Assembly: GCA_003345545.1 (NCBI GenBank)
Contig: PRDH01000066.1
Coordinates: 1 to 11,272, forward strand
Origin: Candidatus Thorarchaeota archaeon
Lineage (GTDB): Archaea; Asgardarchaeota; Thorarchaeia; Thorarchaeales; Thorarchaeaceae
Length of the DNA stretch: 11,272 nt
Reading direction: 5' to 3'
Positions within the stretch are counted from its first letter, which is position 1. Each line of letters starts with the position of its first letter. Below, piece after piece: positions 7,248-11,272 of this stretch. The notes below the pieces were generated by a model. The model had not been told where the DNA came from, made no database searches, and worked only from the letters and a program-made list of their open reading frames with translations. A program made the translations under genes and the position numbers.

Positions 7248-8057
7248 TTACAGCACAGGCTTGTCGAAAAGGATTGACTTGATGAAGATGTCGATTCCAA
7301 ACCGGCCTTCTGTCATCTCCATGTACCAAGGTGCCTCCAGTCTCAGGATTTCCTGTATCTCCGCGACCGTCTTCCCTGATTCATGCAATTCCCTGGCCTC
7401 TTGCTGGACTTCCTTGATGTAGTCGATTCTCGTCTGTATGTGCTCCCGGGGCGACTCAATTGGTCCTTTATGACAATCAAAGAGAATCTCAATATCCATG
7501 GCCAGTATCTTCTCCATAGTCGCAACCATCTGAGGAACATTCTCGTCTGGCATTGCTATTCTCTTCTTTGATGGCAGAGGTAAAGCGTCCGCAGCAAAGA
7601 ACCACTTCTTCGCAGGTTCGTAGAATCCCACCATCTCCATTGTGTGCCCAGGAACAGGCACAACCTCAAAGTTGAGGTCTCCAATAGAGAATCTGTCCGG
7701 CAAGAGAGTCGAATCCCAAACCGGTTCAGGTTGACCCCACACGAATCTGAAGAACTCTGTACGCTGAACGGGATTTCGCAACGCCTTTTGTACAGACTCA
7801 TTGGCGTAGATGGCTACATTGCCCTCAAAGACCTTGCAGCAGCCGACATGGTCCTCATGAGAGTGAGTGATGTAGACCTGATTGATCTTGTTTCCACGTG
7901 CGAACTCACGTATTCCACCGATAGCATTTGCACATCCTGTATCGAAGAGAGCGTCTCTCACAAGATACGCATAGACAAACATGATGGCTGCACCATCCTG
8001 TTCGGTGGCAGTCTTGACACACGTTATGTCCTCGTTGAAGGGAACAATCTCAATCAT
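7248..8057 (-). CDS. Metallo-beta-lactamase fold metallo-hydrolase
   Basis: LFDTG, THSHEDHVG (HxHxDH), PGHT, FFAADAL, DCHKG. ATG at 8057 chosen; TTG at 8081 is possible. Confidence 0.92.
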   Translation of the reverse strand: MIEIVPFNEDITCVKTATEQDGAAIMFVYAYLVRDALFDTGCANAIGGIREFARGNKINQVYITHSHEDHVGCCKVFEGNVAIYANESVQKALRNPVQRTEFFRFVWGQPEPVWDSTLLPDRFSIGDLNFEVVPVPGHTMEMVGFYEPAKKWFFAADALPLPSKKRIAMPDENVPQMVATMEKILAMDIEILFDCHKGPIESPREHIQTRIDYIKEVQQEARELHESGKTVAEIQEILRLEAPWYMEMTEGRFGIDIFIKSILFDKPVL

Positions 8058-8102
8058 GGTGTTCTGTTCATTGCATACCAAGAATTGAGTCCTTTGGTCT
8101 GC

Positions 8103-9266
8103 TCACGTTACTGTATGAACATCCCGACGAATGGGAGGCGCGAACTTGCGTAGGCGTTGTAGGCCCATGACCTTGTCACGCCTATCCATCTTGGCATCAT
8201 TGAGTGCCTGTTCCATGAATTCAATCGCTCTGTCATAGTCTTTCCTAGGGACTGGGAAGGGGACACCGTCTTTTCCTCCAAAGGCAAAGCACATTCTAAC
8301 CGGGTCCGACCATGATGGGGGTGCGCCAAAGATCATCTCAGCAATCAGTGAAAGACCCCTGATAGTTGCCGGTCCAAAGCCATCCTTCAGGAGGATTCCC
8401 TCATAGTTGTCCGGCTGGGTTTCATATGCTTCCCGGACAGCATCCCAATTCATCCTGCTTGGAACAACTTTGTATGAGGGTAGTATGCAGGTCTCACCAG
8501 CATCATCAAGCCAAGGGATTAGCGTCGATTCACCATATGACTTGATGTCCTCGAAGTAACGTCTGACCCTTGTTGGGTCCTCCTTGACGATGTCGATGCT
8601 GACCTTGCGACATTCCTCAGAGTTCCTCGATGTCATATCCAGCGCGCAGTCCTTGACCAGTCCAGAGATTAGACCAGTGTGAGGTTCGTCGATGTAGCTC
8701 TTGGTTTCTCGAGCAGTCCAATGGTACCGTCGAGCATCATTGTTCTTCGTGTCCATTCCCTGTTGAACGACGGTCCAGTTCTCTTCACCATCAACAAAGA
8801 ACAGATGCTGGTACAGCTGATAACCATCTTGGACTCCTGCATTGTCCACCTTCGCTACTGCCTTACTTATCTCGACAAGACCGGCGCCATCAAGCCCATA
8901 GTCATCCAAGGCGCGAAGCTGTTCTGGTACCTTCTTAGATGCAAGACCCTTGCCGCCGATTCCGACCATCCCATGGGTCTCAAAGCTCAAGGCGCACTTC
9001 AGTACACCACATGTGACAGTTGTAGAGCCTGAGCTGTCCCAGTCATAACCAAGCACGTTCGACAGAGCCTGAAACCAGACAGGATCTGAGAGTCGGAGAA
9101 GAAGTTCAGATGTTCCAAATTCATCCACGATAAACTGGCACAGCGCGCTAGCCATCGGTATCATCCGTTTCACAAGCCAGTGTGGCGCCCTGCCTGGGTG
9201 GAGTTTGAGGTCAGCAACGCCCGCCCGCATCAAGGCTTCATCACCAGTTGACTGTCCTGCGCTCAT
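8103..9266 (-). CDS. DUF763 family protein
   Basis: Recognised family motifs ADLKLHPGRAPHWL, LSDPVWFQAL, DWDSSGSTT, GGKG, AKVDNAGVQDGYQLY, WTVVQQGM, ARRYHW, FAFGGKDGVPFPV. Confidence 0.92.
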   Translation of the reverse strand: MSAGQSTGDEALMRAGVADLKLHPGRAPHWLVKRMIPMASALCQFIVDEFGTSELLLRLSDPVWFQALSNVLGYDWDSSGSTTVTCGVLKCALSFETHGMVGIGGKGLASKKVPEQLRALDDYGLDGAGLVEISKAVAKVDNAGVQDGYQLYQHLFFVDGEENWTVVQQGMDTKNNDARRYHWTARETKSYIDEPHTGLISGLVKDCALDMTSRNSEECRKVSIDIVKEDPTRVRRYFEDIKSYGESTLIPWLDDAGETCILPSYKVVPSRMNWDAVREAYETQPDNYEGILLKDGFGPATIRGLSLIAEMIFGAPPSWSDPVRMCFAFGGKDGVPFPVPRKDYDRAIEFMEQALNDAKMDRRDKVMGLQRLRKFAPPIRRDVHTVT

Positions 9267-9610
9267 CAGAGCGAGGAGTGTAGTTTCTCAAGTCTCTCTT
9301 TCGCGGCATCTCCCGCATGCGAGAGCCATTCTTCGAGCGTGCTGCATCCGTAGTCTTTACAGTGTGCACAGGTCTGCACGCGTTTCTTGCTTGCGCATAG
9401 GCGTACGCTGCACTTGGAACAGAACGCAAAGCGTGGTCCTCTTGATTTGCACCCCGCACAGTCCAGATTCTCGGCGGTGACTGGGAAGCTAGGATTATTC
9501 CATTTCTCTACGGTCTCACGGCGGAGCTTGTCATCATTATTGACAAACGCAAGATGCGCCGGACAGTCTGAGCAGTCCAGTCCACAATATGCCTGCATGC
9601 TGACGGTCAT
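9266..9610 (-). CDS. DUF3795 family cysteine-rich protein
   Basis: AYCGLDCSDCPA...CAGCK...FCSKCSVRLCA...TCAHCKDYGC (11 Cys). The stop overlaps the DUF763 start (TGATG). Confidence 0.88.
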   Translation of the reverse strand: MTVSMQAYCGLDCSDCPAHLAFVNNDDKLRRETVEKWNNPSFPVTAENLDCAGCKSRGPRFAFCSKCSVRLCASKKRVQTCAHCKDYGCSTLEEWLSHAGDAAKERLEKLHSSL

Positions 9611-9616
9611 GAAGTA

Positions 9617-9630
9617 TGAAGACTCCTCGA
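9617..9630 (-). repeat. 14-bp inverted repeat, copy 1 (TCGAGGAGTCTTCA on the minus strand)
   Basis: Plus-strand TGAAGACTCCTCGA is the exact reverse complement of 11231-11244. Confidence 0.6.
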
Positions 9631-9632
9631 AT

Positions 9633-9640
9633 GTATAAAA
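9633..9640 (-). promoter_or_regulatory. Putative TATA box for the DUF3795-DUF763 operon
   Basis: Minus strand reads TTTTATAC, ending 22 nt before the ATG at 9610, with GAGGAG in between. Confidence 0.45.
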
Positions 9641-9786
9641 GCGAAACAGATATCCGAAACTAATTCTTTCGCTCCTCTTCTGTTTGTGCCTCGAACAATC
9701 CTTTTATTGGAATTCGTATGAAGCCATACCCTGAGCGATATTTTGTCTGCTCAGAGAATTCTTTGATATCCTATGAGTTGATACAC

Positions 9787-10326
9787 ATGGCAGATAGCGC
9801 AGAGTGGAATAAAGCAGTCACGTACGCGGATTTCGTGAAGAATGCACGCGAGAATATCGAGTTGATGAAGGCTCGCTATGATGACTTTCAGTTCAATGAG
9901 AGCGACTTGGAAACACTTGGAAGCATTCAGAATGATATCAAGATTCTAGTCATTGGAACCGAGCGGTGCAATGACACAGCTGGAAATCTTCCCATTCTTG
10001 CAAAGATGGCAAACGCCTCACCGAAGATACAGCTTCGGATTCTCGATAGCGACTCGAACGTGGACTTTCACCAGCAGTTCAAGGTCAATGGCAAGAGGAA
10101 GACGCCAGTTGTTCTGTTTCTCAGTAAGGACCATGAGGAGCTCTGCAGGTGGGTCGAGCGTTCAAATGCTGCCTACAAGATCATCAACGTAGGGACTGTT
10201 GAGTCCGTCGAAGAGAGGAGGGCCGCACTGAAGAAGCTCTATAGCGACCCTGAGATACAGCGTCAGAGCCTTAACGAGTTCCTGCGGCTTCTTCTGCGGG
10301 CTGATTTCATTCTCGGAAGAAAGTAA
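9787..10326 (+). CDS. Thioredoxin-fold protein (Thioredoxin_9-like) with a CxxT active-site variant
   Basis: KILVIGTERCNDTAGNLPIL...LRILDSD...NGKRKTPVVLFL...RWVER resembles the family consensus (ExWCGD...P; NGxRxIP; WGxR). ATG at 9787 preferred over 9718. Confidence 0.82.
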   Translation: MADSAEWNKAVTYADFVKNARENIELMKARYDDFQFNESDLETLGSIQNDIKILVIGTERCNDTAGNLPILAKMANASPKIQLRILDSDSNVDFHQQFKVNGKRKTPVVLFLSKDHEELCRWVERSNAAYKIINVGTVESVEERRAALKKLYSDPEIQRQSLNEFLRLLLRADFILGRK

Positions 10327-10327
10327 G

Positions 10328-10984
10328 ATGGTTCACAATCTGGGCAAGGCAGACTGGACTGACAGGGACAGGATACAGGGCATAATTGACTCCTATTCGC
10401 TCAGGTATGGCGAATCCTTCTGGGCGGCCCTGATAGGACTGATAGGAGAGCAGAGGCGAGAGAGTATTGCTGATTTTGGATGCGGACCCGGCCTCTTTCT
10501 TGTCGATGCAGCTCACAGGTTCTCTGCCAGAAGGCTCTTCGGGCTTGATGAGAGCAAGGAGATGCTCGAGCAGGCAAAGACATTCATCCGGGCGCGAACA
10601 GCTATCAAGTCCTATGAATTGACAGTCATCAACTTCGATGCGGCAACAATTCCAATACGCCCCAAGTCGATTGATCTTGCCTTTTGTGGTTTCATGCTCC
10701 ACGAGGTTGCATCGCCTCAGGGTTTCGTGGACCAAGTAAGTGGAACATTGCGGACTGGAGGTGTGTGTGCGGTCCACGACTTTGTCTCCCGAGACGAAGA
10801 GACCTTCGTCAGGAAAATGACTGAGCAGGGAATGGCACCTGAACGAGCAAGACTGCGTTTTCCACACATGTGCAAGCACTCGCTTGATGACATCAGAATG
10901 TTTATGGAGGCAGCCGGGCTACAGGATGTGCAGAGCTCAGCCGTTAACGATATACGTGGTCTGGCTGTTGGGTTAATGAAGTGA
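10328..10984 (+). CDS. Class I SAM-dependent methyltransferase
   Basis: IADFGCGPG, GLDESKEML, IDLAFCGFMLHEV, LRTGG, MEAAGL. Starts 1 nt after the thioredoxin stop. Confidence 0.92.
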   Translation: MVHNLGKADWTDRDRIQGIIDSYSLRYGESFWAALIGLIGEQRRESIADFGCGPGLFLVDAAHRFSARRLFGLDESKEMLEQAKTFIRARTAIKSYELTVINFDAATIPIRPKSIDLAFCGFMLHEVASPQGFVDQVSGTLRTGGVCAVHDFVSRDEETFVRKMTEQGMAPERARLRFPHMCKHSLDDIRMFMEAAGLQDVQSSAVNDIRGLAVGLMK

Positions 10985-11021
10985 CCCAGACTATTACAGT
11001 CTACAGGACTCAGTGTATACC

Positions 11022-11222
11022 ATGTCATCGAACCGACGAAAATCACCATGGGCGATTGATGAGAGTAAACTTCAGTGCCCCAGCTGCAAGAGTACTCGGG
11101 TGACTCGAGTCATTAATCCGTGGGCATTGGCCAGAGGAATTCTGATGTTCAAGTGTTCAGTATGCGGTAAAGTGTTCTACGACAAGGATGCAGATGACTA
11201 TCGACCTACCTTTGAGAGGTGA
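11022..11222 (+). CDS. Small zinc-ribbon protein (CxxC...CxxC)
   Basis: LQCPSCKSTRV...FKCSVCGKVF. ATG at 11022, or GTG at 11013. Confidence 0.75.
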   Translation: MSSNRRKSPWAIDESKLQCPSCKSTRVTRVINPWALARGILMFKCSVCGKVFYDKDADDYRPTFER

Positions 11223-11230
11223 CCAATGTG

Positions 11231-11244
11231 TCGAGGAGTCTTCA
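11231..11244 (+). repeat. 14-bp inverted repeat, copy 2 (TCGAGGAGTCTTCA)
   Basis: Exact reverse complement of 9617-9630; contains GAGGAG just upstream of ATG 11246. Confidence 0.6.
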
Positions 11245-11245
11245 G

Positions 11246-11272
11246 ATGCTCAAGTATCCATTCTCCCGAGAA
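11246..11272 (+). CDS. Probable 5' end of the next gene (MLKYPFSRE..., partial)
   Basis: ATG with GAGGAG 7 nt upstream, open to the window end. Too short to assign a function. Confidence 0.4.

Noticed and set aside
1-11272. CRISPR array, tRNA/rRNA, transposase or integrase, systematic stop-codon recoding
   Set aside because: I saw no regularly spaced repeats, cloverleaf or mobile-element genes, and the genes end at sensible domain boundaries using TAA, TAG and TGA.

Overview
Gene-dense archaeal-looking chromosomal window, most consistent with an Asgard archaeon such as Thorarchaeia. That assignment is an inference from gene families and GGTGA/GAGGAG ribosome-binding sites; no marker gene is present. 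The left edge holds a beta-class N4/N6 DNA methyltransferase that runs off the window and is absent from the ORF track. It is followed by an ICMT/PEMT-like membrane methyltransferase, a winged-helix regulator, a stand-alone ATP-cone protein preceded by a palindrome and a hairpin, and a class I SAM methyltransferase. The middle holds a minus-strand HAD hydrolase / membrane-anchored surface protein / chagasin-like trio, two convergent TPR genes, and a minus-strand DUF3795-DUF763-metallo-beta-lactamase run. The right end holds a divergent monothiol thioredoxin-like / methyltransferase / zinc-ribbon run and the start of one more gene. No rRNA, tRNA, CRISPR array or transposase was seen. The best leads are the wHTH-palindrome-ATP-cone module, the coupled DUF3795-DUF763 pair, a structured intergenic region at 2742-2992 and a 14-bp inverted repeat at two ribosome-binding sites. 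All are hypotheses; I cannot demonstrate a novel system from sequence alone.
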